From NCBI RefSeq assembly GCF_902459465.1, contig NC_047062.1:17856001-17920000 (forward strand): 64,000 bases of DNA, written 5' to 3'. This document shows, one piece after another, positions 25,429-39,155 of the stretch. Under the pieces are notes generated by a model. It was not told the origin of the DNA and searched no databases. It was given only the letters and a program-made list of their open reading frames with translations. The position numbers and the translations under genes were made by a program. Each line of letters opens with the position of its first letter. Within the stretch, counting starts at the first letter, position 1. Source of the DNA: Asterias rubens. Taxonomy: Eukaryota.

Positions 25429-27639
25429 TCGAAAGTGTTATAGCTTTTCCCATCAGAAACACTGTTCAAGATATCATGAGAGAACTTAAATCAAAGCTTG
25501 CAGTATCAATTGTAATTGTATAATGGATTGGAGGTGGTGTAACATGTCAGTGATCCACATATTATACATGCCCATGTTATCTTAGGAATTGTATCTATTA
25601 CATTTTATCTTCAGATTGCTTGACCAAGTTCCATTAGTATAATTAACTACTTGAAGTAGTGCTTGTACACCCCAATGAATTACACATGTTAATATTTATT
25701 TCCAGCTGAGTGTGTCAGTTTTCTTTGTGGCAGTTTCAACACGCTTCCTTTATTAGTTCTTATCCTATGTTGTACAATTAAATGACTTCACAGAAGTCTT
25801 CCTGACAACTCTTCACTTTATTGGTTTCTCCCCCAACTTAAAAATGAACCTTCCCTCAACCATCACCTGCCCCACCCCCCTCCCGTCAACTGACTCTCGG
25901 ATTTATAAATCCCACTGACAGTCTTATCATTTGATGACAAATCTTGCACACTAAAGGACATTTTTTCCCTCCCTTCATATTACTCAGCGGGAGTTTGAAA
26001 CTAGGTTGATTGACACGCTGTTTGTGTCTTAAGCTGCTCTCGATGTCTTTGTGTGCACAACATGCGCTAGTGATCTGCCGAATTAAGATGTGGGACAATT
26101 TGTTTCTCTAAACCGGGCTCATAACCCAGATGTTTTAAGGTCACTCCGGGAGGATTTTTTTTACCATGGAGGAACTTGATCCACTCTTACCTTGTTTTAG
26201 TGCTCAAGATGGAATCCCATCACACTGACTCAATGAGGGACAATTTGTCTTGACGTAGCTCGGGTCCAATTCCTTTTGGGCATTTCACAATACAAGACCG
26301 TTTTGCAGATTAATTTGCAAATGTCGGTTCGACTATCACTTTGGGTTCAGAATTAAGTCTATATTAACATGACTTGGATGTCTTTGAGAAGTAAAGCACC
26401 GGCTTGAAGACGTTTTGATTTGTAGATGAACTGGCGTAAAAGATCACCAAGTTGAATAACCCAGTGCTCTCTGCGTGACCCCTATGGCCGGCTAGCTTTG
26501 AAGTTGGTCTGATGAGCCGACAACTGCTCCCAATGCATCCATTGGTCCTGGAGCCAAGACTAGTAACTAAACAGCCGGTGCAGTAGATGAACTAGCTGTG
26601 GAATGAGCACAGACATAAAGGCCGAACCCAGATGGACTCCTAGCCCAGACGTCTGGCTCGAACTGATACTTTTTTTCATGATACAAGACGAGATGACCAG
26701 ATGTCAGATTCGTTGTGTGGTTTTACTACATCCATGATTTCAATAAAGATGACATCCAGAATTATGAACTTGGCTTCGGGAAAAAGGAACAAATTGTCAA
26801 AGTGTAAACAACATAATTATGGGTTAGTCTATGAGCTAGCCATTGGTAGCGCATGGTAATGCATACACCATCGATCTTTTTTGTTAACCTTTGTTTATGA
26901 GATTTGTTTAATGTAGCTATTTATTAAGAGTAAAATTTGACACGAATGGAAAGCTTTGTGCTGTGTACGTATTTCCTGTGCACATTGTTTTAAGAACACT
27001 TGAATATAGGTCTATAAGCTACAAAGGAACTGTTTTCTTTCGATTCAAGATATTACTTCATGACAGGACGGCATACAAAGTAATATGCCAATCCGATATA
27101 TTTATGCTTGCATAAATCCGTTATTTGACAATGTCACTGAAACGGTAATTATTTATAAGAAAATGCCTTCAATAAAAACAGAATGGTTTTAAGTTTCTTG
27201 TAATTGCTAATATTTTTTTTATCTTAGAAATTTATCAATTCAGAAAAAAACATGTCCACATCTACTTTTTAGTACCTTTGAGGTTGAAATTAGTCTTGCA
27301 TGAAGATTGGAAAAGTGACTCGGCATGTTTGATATCATTTTCAGATCATGAATGGGTAGACGTTTATTTGAATCTACTTTATACTTCGGGGGTTGGGGTA
27401 CATGAATGCCCCTGTATGGGGATTTGCTGGCCTCATCTCGGGCAAGCTTGTTGAGCCAATGTTTAAGGCATTAGCCTGCTCCTCAAGGCTCTCGTTGTGT
27501 TTTAGCCGCATATCTCTCATACGAGCTGTCAACAGAGGGTGCTATTTATTTGATATCTTTTCGAATCTATCGTAACAACAGCCGTTGAGGTGACTTATAA
27601 AGGTACAAAAAACGTCTTGAATCAAGACTATTAAGACAG

Positions 27640-27682
27640 CTGTAGAATGCTCGTGGTCATAGGTTCGAGTCCCACCCGAGTT
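27640..27682 (+). mobile_element. Second tRNA-related SINE family, head fragment
   Basis: ggtcataggttcgagtcccacccgagt (B box). The same motif occurs reversed at ~49000 (actcgggtgggattcgaacacacgacc). Confidence 0.55.
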
Positions 27683-27825
27683 GTTTCAGATTTTCCCCCA
27701 TCGAAGCTCAACAAGCACAAAGTAAACATGGTTCTTATTGGTACATCATTTAAGATTCACAAACAAGAAAATCAGTTTTAGCTTCTTTGGAAAGCTGAGA
27801 AATAGCTGTAGAAGAGGTTGAGGCT

Positions 27826-28085
27826 TTAAAGACACTGTATTGGTATTAACCCAAAATTATTGTTAGCATAAAAACTTACTTGGTAACGAGCAATTGGAGA
27901 GCTGTTGATGGTATGAAACATTGTGAGAAATGGCTCCCTCTGAAGTACTTCAACTGAAGCCCTTTATTAAATTATTTATAATGCATCTGAAATATGTATG
28001 TATGTATGCATATGTTGGGGGATAGACCTACACCAAGTGAGAATACTGGTATTTGACAATTACCAAAGGTGTCATGTGCCTTTAA
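27826..28085 (+). mobile_element. MITE family A variant, internally deleted
   Basis: ttaaagacactgtattggta...tttgacaattaccaaaggtgtcatgtgcctttaa. Confidence 0.75.
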
Positions 28086-29359
28086 GTTTAAGTCACCACT
28101 CGGAGTATTTATTCTTGAGAGATAAGTACGTCATCATCCCTGGCAGCGATGCCTTCCCCTGAAATGCTGATGTAATGTTTTTGGTTTGGAGTTCAGCAGA
28201 AGTTTAACAAGATGTTTCATTGTGCGCTTTAACGAGGGATGGTATTTCACACTAGGATAATACAGATGGCATGAGAAAAGTAGATTTTTTAAAGACGACG
28301 AGTGTAAAAGTTTTGTTTTTCTTGTTTCGGGGTTATTTTTAATTTTTTTTTATAACGGGCCTTTTTTCGAAAGGCAGTTTTTGTAGTATCCATTTGTTCG
28401 GCACCACAGAGAAACATTGTATTAAAAAGAATCTGTATCATTTGCTGTAAATCGGAATGGATTATTTTTTATAAGGTTTACTTTGATTACTGTTTATTTG
28501 ATGCATTTTTCTGTATCAAGTAAATATGCATGATGTTACGAATGAATTTATTACAAACAATGTGGATTTGATTTACTTATCTCACTCATGGAAAGAAATG
28601 ATATTCATTTGTCCTGTGTGACCACGATATATTGGTACTATTACTTGAATCATTTATTTTTGCGTTTTTTTCTAAATTATTATCTGTGCTTTTTGACTCA
28701 ACAGTATTTGATGTTTTTGTTAGTATCACACATTTGACACAACAATTTGTTTTTGTTGTAAAGGAGCGTGTGCTGATTTGGATAGGATACTGACGTTTTG
28801 AACATTGGTGGGAGCAAATATTTTAAGCCCATTTTTAGGGATACAGGTCTGGTACTTCACACAGGCGCACAAAGGCGATATTGCCTTCATGCCCCCTAGT
28901 GGTTGCCTTGGTGCCCTTGGTGTATTCTTGTAGACATTTACACTTTCCTCATTATAGGGTGTCCTTAACCAAAGAGGAAATGCCTCGTTGTGCCCTTGCC
29001 CTTTCAAAAACAAATACAGGCCTCGGGATGGACACGGTTTTTCTTTGGAGGTGGTGTTTGGGTGTTTTGTACTGGTTTTATTTTTGCATCTTTTTTAGTG
29101 TATTTTTTTCGGAGGGGTAAGGATTGGTTGGGGGGGGGGGGTAGGGCAGCTTTTAACCATCTCAATCTCCTCAAAGCTGTACCCGACTCGCCCATAATGT
29201 ATATTTGAAGATGTGGCAGTAATTATATAAGATGAACTTGACTTCAACTGACGGATCAGTCTCGCTTTGTAATAAATAAACAAAAAGGAAGAAACAAACA
29301 CGTTGTTTTTCTGGTGTTATTTTTTAACGTACTATACGAATATGTGAATATTAATGGAA

Positions 29360-29555
29360 AATTTTTCTTGAGCAGCAAATTGGTATGGTAACTTTATTTT
29401 TTTGTTCGGCCAAGCAAATAATATGCAGGACACCAGTCATGGATTGTTTTATGTGTCACATGAGTATTTTAGCTGGTAACCATATTTGTGTAAGCATAAT
29501 TTGGTTGTGCTTAGCTACTTTTTGTGCTTGGAAGCAGCTCTATGAAATTGGACCC
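29360..29555. mobile_element. MITE family B copy
   Basis: gctggtaaccatatttgtgtaagcataatttggttgtgcttagctac...aagcagctctatgaaattggaccc. Confidence 0.75.
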
Positions 29556-30354
29556 AGGGCATAATGAGCGCCAAGATGTCACCCCAAGTTCTGAAAGATG
29601 TTGTTAATTTCCTGTTGGGGATTGAATCACCCCAGTGCCGTGCAATGATGTTCTTAGTTAATGGTTTATTTTGCTCCTTAATGGCTTACAGGACACACTC
29701 CAGAACAGCAGTGCTGTCGATGTGATAGGCCCTGATACCTTTTTCTTTTCTGATTGAAATATGTTTGTGATAAATTGACAACATCCTTTGATGGATCGCT
29801 CAATGACCCAGAAAGTGCAAAGCCCATAAAAGGTATCCAAAGCACTCTTTGGTAATTATCCAACAAATCTTGTTTGGAGATGTTTTATACATGTAGGCCT
29901 ACATAGACATTTGTTACATGAATGGATAATTGTTACACTTCCAATTGCGACGTTTCATGTCTTTGTTCAGAAACATCATGGAGGAAGAATGGTGGTTCCA
30001 AGGTTATTGGAGAGGCCTACTTTAACAAGTGTCAAGATGTATGCCTATTACTTCGAAGGACATGGAAGATTGCCGCCGTTTTATAGCTTCTTTTCTAAAG
30101 TATTTTTTTCAAGATGTTTCAATAATGAGAAAGTGTGTAACATAGCCCAACCCTGAGTGTGTAACCCTTGCTCTATGATGATGCAATTGCGTCGAGGTTG
30201 GGCTCTGGTCTGTTGTCGTAATACATTGTGATTTTAGATGTCAGTTGACACAACTGGATCATCATGTGCTGTTTTGTAAATCGTTCCAATTTCCTCTGTG
30301 AAGATCACCTCGCATTCTCACAAACCGCTGTTCTTAGTTACCGACTGTTGTGCG

Positions 30355-30759
30355 TTAAAGGCACTGGTCACCTTTGGTAATTGTTATAGATCTGTAAGGT
30401 AGGCCCTAGTCTCACCTGGTGTCTGCATGGTGTCACCATATGCATAAGTAACAGACCTGTGAAAACTTGGGCTCAATTGGTCACCGAGTTTGCAAGAGAA
30501 TAATGAGAGAAAAAAAACACCCTTGCTGCATTACTTTTTGTGCCTCAGATGCATAACAAAAGGCTTCGGCTGAAGTTTTTTATATTTGAGTGAGAAGTTA
30601 CCTCTTTCTCGAAAACTACGTTACTTCACAGGATGTTCACAGGGAGCCGTTTCTCACAATGTTTTACACTATCAACTGCTCTCCATTGCTCGTTACCAAG
30701 TAATTTCTTTATGCTAACAATTATTTTGAGTAATTACCAATCGTGTACAGTGCCTTTAA
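30355..30759 (-). mobile_element. MITE family A variant, full length, TTAA at both ends
   Basis: ttaaaggcactggtcacctttggtaatt ... taattaccaatcgtgtacagtgcctttaa. Confidence 0.82.
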
Positions 30760-32031
30760 TGAGCGGATACTATTTCCTAAAGACAGGAAGTGCATTCTCT
30801 CCTGCCATTCATCAAAGCTGTTAATTATTATGACCAGACCAGACTCTCTGGTTTAAGGAGAAACGCACTTGTAATATATGGAGTATTTCCGGAAATGAAT
30901 TGCCCAATTACCATTAAGTATCCTTCCTGTTTGAAAGTTACGTGGTGTGGTTGGAATAAGTTGGAAGTGTTGGAGGTCCAAGTATGGTCCGAAGCTTTCT
31001 GGAACCACTTTGCTGAACTTAATGGACCGTTGATGTAGTGTTGGATAGACTCGACTATTTAATTGCTCCGCTTGTTTAACCCTTGCTCTATGGTTTAAAG
31101 GATTTTGTTAGCATCGAAACTTACTTGGTAACGAGCAATGGGGAGCTGTTGATAGTATAACGCACGGCTCCCGTAACGTAGTTTTTGAGAAAGGTAGTTT
31201 CTTAATAAAATATTAAACGTTTAGGCCCACCAAATTAATTTCACAGATCGTCTTGGCTGGTATGTCTATTGTTCAACTTGTTTCGAATTTCGATAACACT
31301 CCTCCGTGAATGATTCGAAATGGCTAAATATTCCTCAACGGCATTCTTGCATGTTGGGAAGCCAGGAAAAACCATTGATATTTCCCTGAGCTTGGAGAAC
31401 ATTGATCTGAACTATATGCGTCATTTTTAGCCATCCCGTTGTTCTTCAGTATATAGGCTAATTAGGCCTATTTTGGGTGTATTAAAAAAAATACTCTGTC
31501 AATATTTAAAAATCTAAATTTGAGATAAATAGACTGGTCAAAAGAAATTCGAACAAAAACAAAAGTTTTGATTTCTCTGAATATAGTAACACCAACTAGT
31601 AAAGCCCAGGCCAGGTGACCATCATTAATTAGGCCCTCACTATACATGATGATAATGCTTGAAGGCAGTAAACCTGGCCTGATGTACGCAATATAGATCC
31701 CAGGTGCACACACAGCCAATCAGTGGAGCATCAAACTGCGCTAAACCTTCTGCAAAGTGCGGTCTCGTGGACTAATTACCAAGCAATGCAGTAATGTGCT
31801 ACATGATGACTCGGGCTCATCTATAGCTGATGACATGTGTAGTTAACACGTATAGCTCTAATGCGGGGGTCAATCGGGTGAGAGCGATATGTTTACTCCG
31901 ATCTGGTTGTTACTGGTTCTCTGCACGTGTTCCCAGTTCCTGAAAAACACTACACGGAGGACTCATAGAGTAATGCATGGAGGACTGTATCCTACATCCA
32001 CGGTTTTACCAAGGGAGCAACCATTGATGTG

Positions 32032-32208
32032 CAGGCCTGCTATTTTCACGGAGACAACGGTTGCGATTGCCTCCGTGCCCCTGTTCATTATTGCCTTGGT
32101 GCCCTTGAAATGCTAACAGTAGAAATTTACAATTTCCTGAGGGTGCCTTTTACCAAGGAGACAATGCCTCGGTGCCCTTGCCGTTTCAAAAACGAAGCAT
32201 TAAGGCCG
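32032..32208 (+). mobile_element. MITE family C (CAGGCCTGATACTTC-type termini, hAT-like); other copies at 17641-17730 and 28844-29023
   Basis: Shared core gcgattgcctcc(a/g)tgcccc...ttgccttggtgcccttgaaatgct; the termini caggcctg...gaagcattaaggcc are imperfect inverted repeats. Superfamily assignment is inference only. Confidence 0.7.
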
Positions 32209-34458
32209 ATGTGCAGACCTGAGATCGATTGTCAACCTTCATTGCAGAAGAAAGAACTGTCTTGACCCGGTTTCCAGGAAGTATCCAAAATACTAGCATG
32301 GAAATGATTTCAGTGGAAGCTCAAGCCCATAAGTTGTCTGTGGTGGTCAAAAGGATCCTTACAAAAGTTGCTTTGCCACAAAACTGGTTTCATTTAGAAT
32401 CATTTTCTTGGAAGAAGATATCTCATCACTTTTGGGGTGTACTTAGATATTTTCAACCGTAGGCCTATTCAATAATTTTAAAACTAGGTTATTTCTGTGC
32501 CATATAGGCTACATGTTTTCTTAGGTGTGGCATTTATTGAAGTCCGAGAGTCAATGAAGTCTGATTTGATTGGTTGTGATGGTCTACTTTGTCACTGGTT
32601 TCCTGTTTTAACGCCAGCATCTGAAAAGCATTGCTTAGTTCATTGCGTAGGTCTACTTTTCATCACCAATTTGTCTTACCGAATACAGTAAACTTTACTT
32701 TGAACAAACACGATCGAAAACCTCTGTAAAGTTGGTAAAGTTTGTGAAAGCTCAAAACCTTAAAATTTTGTGTAGACGTGAGCTATACAGTTTTGAAGAT
32801 CCCCAATGTCCCCTCTCCCATTCACAACTTACTTTCCAAGTTGTTTTCCGTTTCTACAAAATGCCGTGTTTCTGCAAAACAAATAACTCCTAGCTGCAGA
32901 TTATGGCGTGTTTGACCTCGCACAAACGTAAGTTTATTTTCAAGTGGCCCTGTAAAAATATGACATTCAATCATCAGAAGATATGCAATTTGATCCACTA
33001 TTTCTTAGGAGTGTGTCAGGCACACGCTACCAGCGCACCACGCGCACCATGCACGCTCTCCAGGGAGGGTCTGGGACCAGGCCAAGTCCTCTAAATAAAG
33101 AACGGGCTCTCGTAAAAAATGATTAGAAAAAGTAGGCCAAAGTAAGGGATGCACATTGCAGGTAATAATTGGGTTGTATTAAGCAGTCCCATGTAATGTT
33201 CATGTTTTTTGTTTATGCTGTGCAGAAACAATTTGGAATTTGAAAATGAAGACAAGGTATACCATTGATGTGATTAGCCTTCCCAACATGCTAGATTAAT
33301 TTGAGTATTTAGGTTATACCATGGATTCCTGCCTACATGGTCTATACATGTACCTTGAAAAGAGGCTAGACTGACCCTGTTACGGTGCGCCATCCCATGA
33401 CGGCAGTTTGTGTAGAGCAACATCAATACGTTCGAAAGGCAGGGTATACTTTTGGGATTGTCAAAGACCAGTATCTGTACTTAGTGTATCCCAACATATG
33501 CAAAAAGTAACCAACCTGAGAAGGGTTAGGCTCAAACTGGTCATTGAAGTTGCTAGAAACCAACGAAAGAGAAAAAACACCCTGTTGTATAGAACTGTAT
33601 GCTTTCAGATTCATGAGAAAGGCTTCACGCCTGAAGCCTTTATTATGTGAACTATTTAGAATAATACAGCAGATCATAGGTGGTATGTTTATTAGATATC
33701 TTATAAGAATCGTGAAATATTGTTATGGGTAACAGACAAATTTCAAACAAGAACTTAAACGACATTACCAAGAGACGTCAACAACAACAACAACAACAAC
33801 AGCAATAACAAAACATCTTCCGCATCCCTCTGATGGAAAAACCATTTCAACGTTATATTGTTAGACACTGCCACCAAAAGAAGCAAACGTGAAAAGGGCG
33901 GGAACAATTACACCGGGTACACAACTGTGATTTGTATCTGTTCATTTTATACTCTATGTCACCATATGTTATATATTGATCCATCTGTAATGCTCGCACA
34001 GAGAGTAAGGCATGAACACAGCTTTACTATTGGCAGGAAAAATTAAAAAATCAATCGCATAAAAATAATGAATATATGTGCCCTACATGTCTGTAATAAT
34101 AATGATGGTTGAAGATAATGAAGTTTGTTGAACAGATATTTAGCAGTGTCGATTCTGTGAAATATTCAAGGTCATAAGAGATTAACACCTTTATTATGAA
34201 ATGATAATCACTGAGGAACCAACACACTGTAATGGGATACATGCATAGGTCTGTGGAGATAACTGGTTACGATCATTCAAAAGTACACTTCTTGTTACTT
34301 TGACCTGTTTACGCAAGAATACATGTCAGAACAACAATATAGGGGGAAATAAACGTGAATGGAAGCTTGCTGCTCTGAAAGTTTGTGACTTACTGCGATT
34401 TTAGTTTCCTTCCAGTTTGTATATAACACAAGATGGATTTCCTGCTTACTTTTATCAC

Positions 34459-34845
34459 TTAAAGGCAGTGGACACTATTGGTAATTACTCAAAATAATTA
34501 TCAGCATAAAACCTCACTTGGTAACGAGTAATGGGGAGAGGTTGATAATAAAAAACATTGTGAGAAACGGCTCCCTCTGAACTGCCATAGTTTTCGAGAA
34601 AGAAGTAATTTTCCACAAATTTGATTTCGAGACCTCAGATTTAGAACTTGAGGTCTCGAAATCAACCATTTCAACGCACACAACTTTGTGTGACAAGGGT
34701 GTTTTTTTTTCTTCTTTTATTATTATCTCGCAACTTCGATGACCGATTGAGCTCAAAGTTTTACAGGTTTGTTATTTTATGTATATGATGAGACACACCA
34801 AGTGAGAAGAATGGTCTTTGACAATTACCAATAGTGTCCACTGTC
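34459..34845 (+). mobile_element. MITE family A (Kolobok-like), near full length
   Basis: TTAA|AGGCAGTGGACACTATTGGTAATT ... AATTACCAATAGTGTCCACTG, a ~25-bp TIR with an internal 17-bp hairpin. TTAA target plus AG termini fits Kolobok rather than piggyBac (CC termini). Confidence 0.85.
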
Positions 34846-35139
34846 GGGGTGTTGTTACCTTTTGTATAGATCAATTGTGACATGAATCCCCACTCACTGT
34901 GCATGAAGATGTAGGCCTATGAATATAATTTACCTTTAGTAGTTTTTAGGACCATTGCCCAATTGAATAAACGTTGCTTCAGCACAGAAAGGCGCTCAAA
35001 CATTGTGTTTGCAGTATAAAGGTTACCCACCAAAATACCACGTCACATCATTAAATACTCTATGGTCCCATGTACCATCTGTGGCTGGTATCCTGCAACT
35101 GTTTGTTAATTGGAACTAATTAGCAATATGTTCTGCTTA

Positions 35140-35225
35140 TTAAGGCACTGGACACTATTGGTAATTACTCAAAATAATCGTTAGCAAACCAAACCTAACT
35201 TGGTAACAAGCAACGGCAAGCTGTT
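35140..35225 (+). mobile_element. MITE family A, left-end fragment (further decayed fragments at ~31090-31200, ~33490-33650, ~37530-37590, ~53645-53770)
   Basis: ttaaggcactggacactattggtaattactcaaaataatcgttagc. Confidence 0.7.
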
Positions 35226-35604
35226 GGAAAATGATGTGTTATGCTATGTCAACAAAATTAATTCAAATTGGATTTAAAAAACTTTCCCTCCTACCCTAGG
35301 GTACGCTTAACAAACATGGAAGCCAACAAAAATCTATCCCATCACAGTTGGAAAAGATCGTGTATTTCTCCCCTAAAATGTTGAGTATTATTTCAATGAC
35401 TTTAATTACCACATTAATTACACGTGTCATGTCTGCCCTTGACCTGCCCATCAACCCAACCCAGTGCTATTGTATGATGGGAAACAGCTGTGCACCAGTG
35501 TGGCCTTATGGAACCAGTTGATGGTCTGTTGTATCTATAAAATAAGGCATTCTGGCCCATTTAAATGATATGTACTAATTTGGTTTCTTCATTTATATGG
35601 AAGA

Positions 35605-35640
35605 ATCCTGACGATGGCTAGAGCTAGTCGAAACGTTGAG
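35605..35640 (+). ncRNA. Minimal type-I hammerhead-ribozyme-like motif (Penelope/retrozyme type)
   Basis: ATC-CTGACGA-T-GGCTA GAGC TAGTC-GAAA-CGTT-GAG: intact CUGANGA and GAAA core, 5-bp stem II, palindromic AACGUU stem III; stem I is weak. Confidence 0.55.
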
Positions 35641-35744
35641 ACACATTAAGAACTCACTCCGTGGTAGTGCAGTTAACAGCGATTCAAAGCTAAAGTAGTA
35701 GTAGTCCCATCCGATTTTCTATCTTCCGCTTATTTAAGAACTGA

Positions 35745-36277
35745 GAAGTCTCCAGAAACTCCGAAAATTTACTCGGCGGTAATTGAATACAAGTATAGCA
35801 AGACAGTTTTCTATTAAAAGAACGAAATCCAACTGGCAAGTAGACACATACCGTAGAAACACCGCAAACCAAATTTACATTCTCACCATGCAATGCCTCA
35901 AATCCCATATTCATTTATATGACTCCAATGGTGTTACATTTGGTTTAGTTTTTCTCTCATGGAGTATTGCATCATCGAAATGCACATCAGCCTCTGACAC
36001 GTACAAAAATTATTTCGGCAAAAACGTGGGCCATGCATGCGCTTTAATTAAGAATAGAGATTCCTGTCAACATTTAAAGAAAAATCAGAATGACAAAACT
36101 AGGGTTCTTTGGGTGTGGGACTATAAGTGCGGGGGTAGAACTAATGTATGTAATGTAGGCCACTGTACACAAATGAATATATACATAATGATTTGCGGTA
36201 CAATGCCAGGTAGATTTGGTTCCCATTCTACTACCGCGGGGTAGATTTTCGGAATACGGGAGACTTCTCAGTTCTGA
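35745..36277. repeat. Imperfect long inverted repeat (35745-35782 vs 36231-36277); ~90-bp direct repeat at ~35820 and ~36360
   Basis: agaactgagaagtctcc...tccgaaaatttac versus gtagattttcggaa...ggagacttctcagttct. Confidence 0.7.
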
Positions 36278-36952
36278 AAAGTACTGTCCTGATTTTTAAC
36301 TACTACATGGACGGACAAATCGGCCTGGACTAGAATATAAAACAATACAGTTCTCAAACTAACGAAAGTAGACACACACATGGTGTTACCGCAAACCAAA
36401 CAGTGATAAATAATCATGGAATGCCTCAAATCCTATATACACAAATAAAGCTTTGAAGTGATTAGACAGTGAATCATAGCCAAGGTTTGGGTTGCTAAGA
36501 ATCAACAGCTTCTTTAATGCTTCAAAACTTGATTTATCTACCAGGTTATGCAAAAGTAGCTCAAAGATATAAAGCAGGCCAAAGCTAATGATGTGACACT
36601 ACTTTCAAATCAAAAATTACATAGGAAATCCGTCCTCCATGCTTGCTCTAATGTATCAAACTGAAAAAAGGTATCAAATTTATAATAACTGTTTTATTTT
36701 CCTTTTCCTTTTTTCGAGAATCTATGAAAGAAACTGTTGATTACAAAAATGGCAAACGCCACACACACTCTAATTCATAACCACGCCAACTTTGTGACAT
36801 TCATTCCTGGCAGACAACATAAAAGATAACCACATTTGACACCTTTCAAAATGATAGACAAAAGTACACGTTTGACAATGTTGTCAAACAATGATACTTT
36901 TGTCCAGCACTGTCTCGTGTGTCATCCACCTACACATAGCCATGCAGTCGCT

Positions 36953-37078
36953 TAGTCTTGGTCCAAGACGTCACTATCTCATACTCTCGTAATGTAACAT
37001 AATGAACTAGTAGCCTAAAAGTCCGCTGCATAGCGAGGCTGGGAAACAATCCAAGCGAAGGTCTTGGAACCAAGACTA
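36953..37078. mobile_element. Small MITE with self-palindromic TIRs
   Basis: TAGTCTTGGTCCAAGAC ... GTCTTGGAACCAAGACTA. Confidence 0.65.
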
Positions 37079-38134
37079 TAAGCCAGTTGCTAGTTGTGTC
37101 TGTACCAAAGTGTGGAAGTTCCTTTCTACTAGGAACCCTCAGACTCTGTGGTCATTGTCTTGCATTGGCAGCGCAATGATATGTCAACAGTGAATAAATC
37201 TAAGTTCAATGCTGGAAAGCTTCTTCCTAAAACTGAGTAGTACAACAGCTGGCTGCTATCAGAAACGAGGGTCATTTCAAAATGTGATATTCTAAGTGAA
37301 TTAGGCTGCTTGCACTGTGAAGCCATGGTGTGGGTTGAAACAAACATACAATACAATATATAATAATATATACAATACAATCGGTTGTTATATAGCGCCA
37401 TTTCATTTAGACCACAGCGCTTTAGACGAACAATAGCATTGTAAATAGTTCAACAAAATGAGCAATAAAGCAATAAACACTTAAGCTCTTCACTTTTAAT
37501 ATGGTAGTATTTTACTATATGCCATATTTAAGTCGTTTCTCACAATGTTTTATATTATTACCAACAGTTCTCCAGTACTCCTTAAGTAGTTATTTTCACT
37601 GTAGAGTAATTTAACTATTCCCTGCCTTGAAAAGACTCAAGCTCAAAATAATCAAGTCAATTCAATACTTTTATTAGTCATGTTAAAAAGTACAATTCAT
37701 TTTCCTTGTATAAAAAAGTTTATATCAAAAATCAAAAAAATCTTATCTTAAATAACTCATCAAATTAATGGATGCATGATATGTGTTTGATGTGAAATGA
37801 TACACCCTCGCTTTAACAGAAAAGCTTACCAGTTTAGTGATGCCATGTAGCTGATGTCATGCGCATTGTGTATTCCTCGTCGTGTAAGATTCTTGCAAGA
37901 TCACATGCATCTTGGCATCATAGCATCAATATTTCCAATGGTCTCCAACTAACCTATTCAACACTGTGCTCGAACACAGACAAATTTTTCATCCTTCAAC
38001 GATGTCAACATTAGTTAGTGAGCCTGTGTATCTCTGTTGACCCTAGTTAACCTTTAAAGGTGAGGTTTTTTTAAGTCATGAAAGTTATCCTTTAAGACTT
38101 AAGTCTATGAGTCTATTGTTTCTTTTTTTTAACA

Positions 38135-38455
38135 CTATAACTTTGATTATGTCTACTTCTTTCTCCTTGGTAAAGGCTACCTATGAGTAACTTGTAAGTA
38201 TTAATATCTGGAGCATTTCAAGGGCACCAAGGCAATGGCCAGGGGGCATGGAGGCAATTGCTTTCGTTGCCTCCATGAATCAAGGTTGGGCACAATTATA
38301 TAAACTTTTATTATGTCTACTTCTTTCTCCCTGGTAAAGGCTTCTTATGAGTACATTGTAAATATTAATATATGTAGCATTTCAAGGGCACCAAGGCATT
38401 GGCCAGGGGGCACGGTGGCAATCGCCTTCGTTGCCTTCATGAAGTATCAGGCCTG
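38135..38455 (-). repeat. 164-bp tandem duplication, each unit containing a family C left-end fragment
   Basis: ttatgtctacttctttctcc at 38147 and 38311; both units contain agcatttcaagggcaccaaggca; the second ends gaagtatcaggcctg. Confidence 0.82.
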
Positions 38456-39155
38456 TATTATACAGACGAATATAAGTAGCTTGATGGAATGAACTAGGGC
38501 ATCTGTCTCGTTTTGACATGCAATGTTTTGCATTGTCATGTTGCTGTCACCAGACCACAGCAGGTTCGATACCAATGCCAAGTTCAGGAAGAGTTCATAG
38601 CTTGTTGTGGTTGCAATGTTTAATTAAAGAAGGGACGACCATGAATTCAAAACTCTAAAACACTGGTATTTAGTTATGGCTTTGTTCTTCATTGTATGCC
38701 ATTATAAGCCTTAATTGCTTGTTCATATTTATTTTTCAAACAAATTCTGGAAATGTCTTTAGCTGTTCATTTGCAGCTTTTCTTGAAGCATATATGGATC
38801 GTCGTCTTTTCATTTGGAAGTTGAGGGAAAATGGCAAAGTTATTTCGTCAAACATATTTGATTCGTTGCAAAAGTATACCGTGTTACTTTTGTTTTACAT
38901 TATCTATGTGGTGCAACCCGGGTGACAACTATAGACTTGTTATAACAAAACACAAATACAAAGTGTAGGGCATACCCGTAGCGAAGTTGCCTATAATTAA
39001 TGAATTCCATATGAATTAAACCAAGTCAACATACTGTAATGGCTCCAGATGCCATCACGTTTACCAATTGGCAGCGTCAGTGTGGAGTTCACGAACCTCT
39101 CTTCGACTTGACAAACCACGCCAACTGGATATCACTCATCTAATGCTAAACCAAA

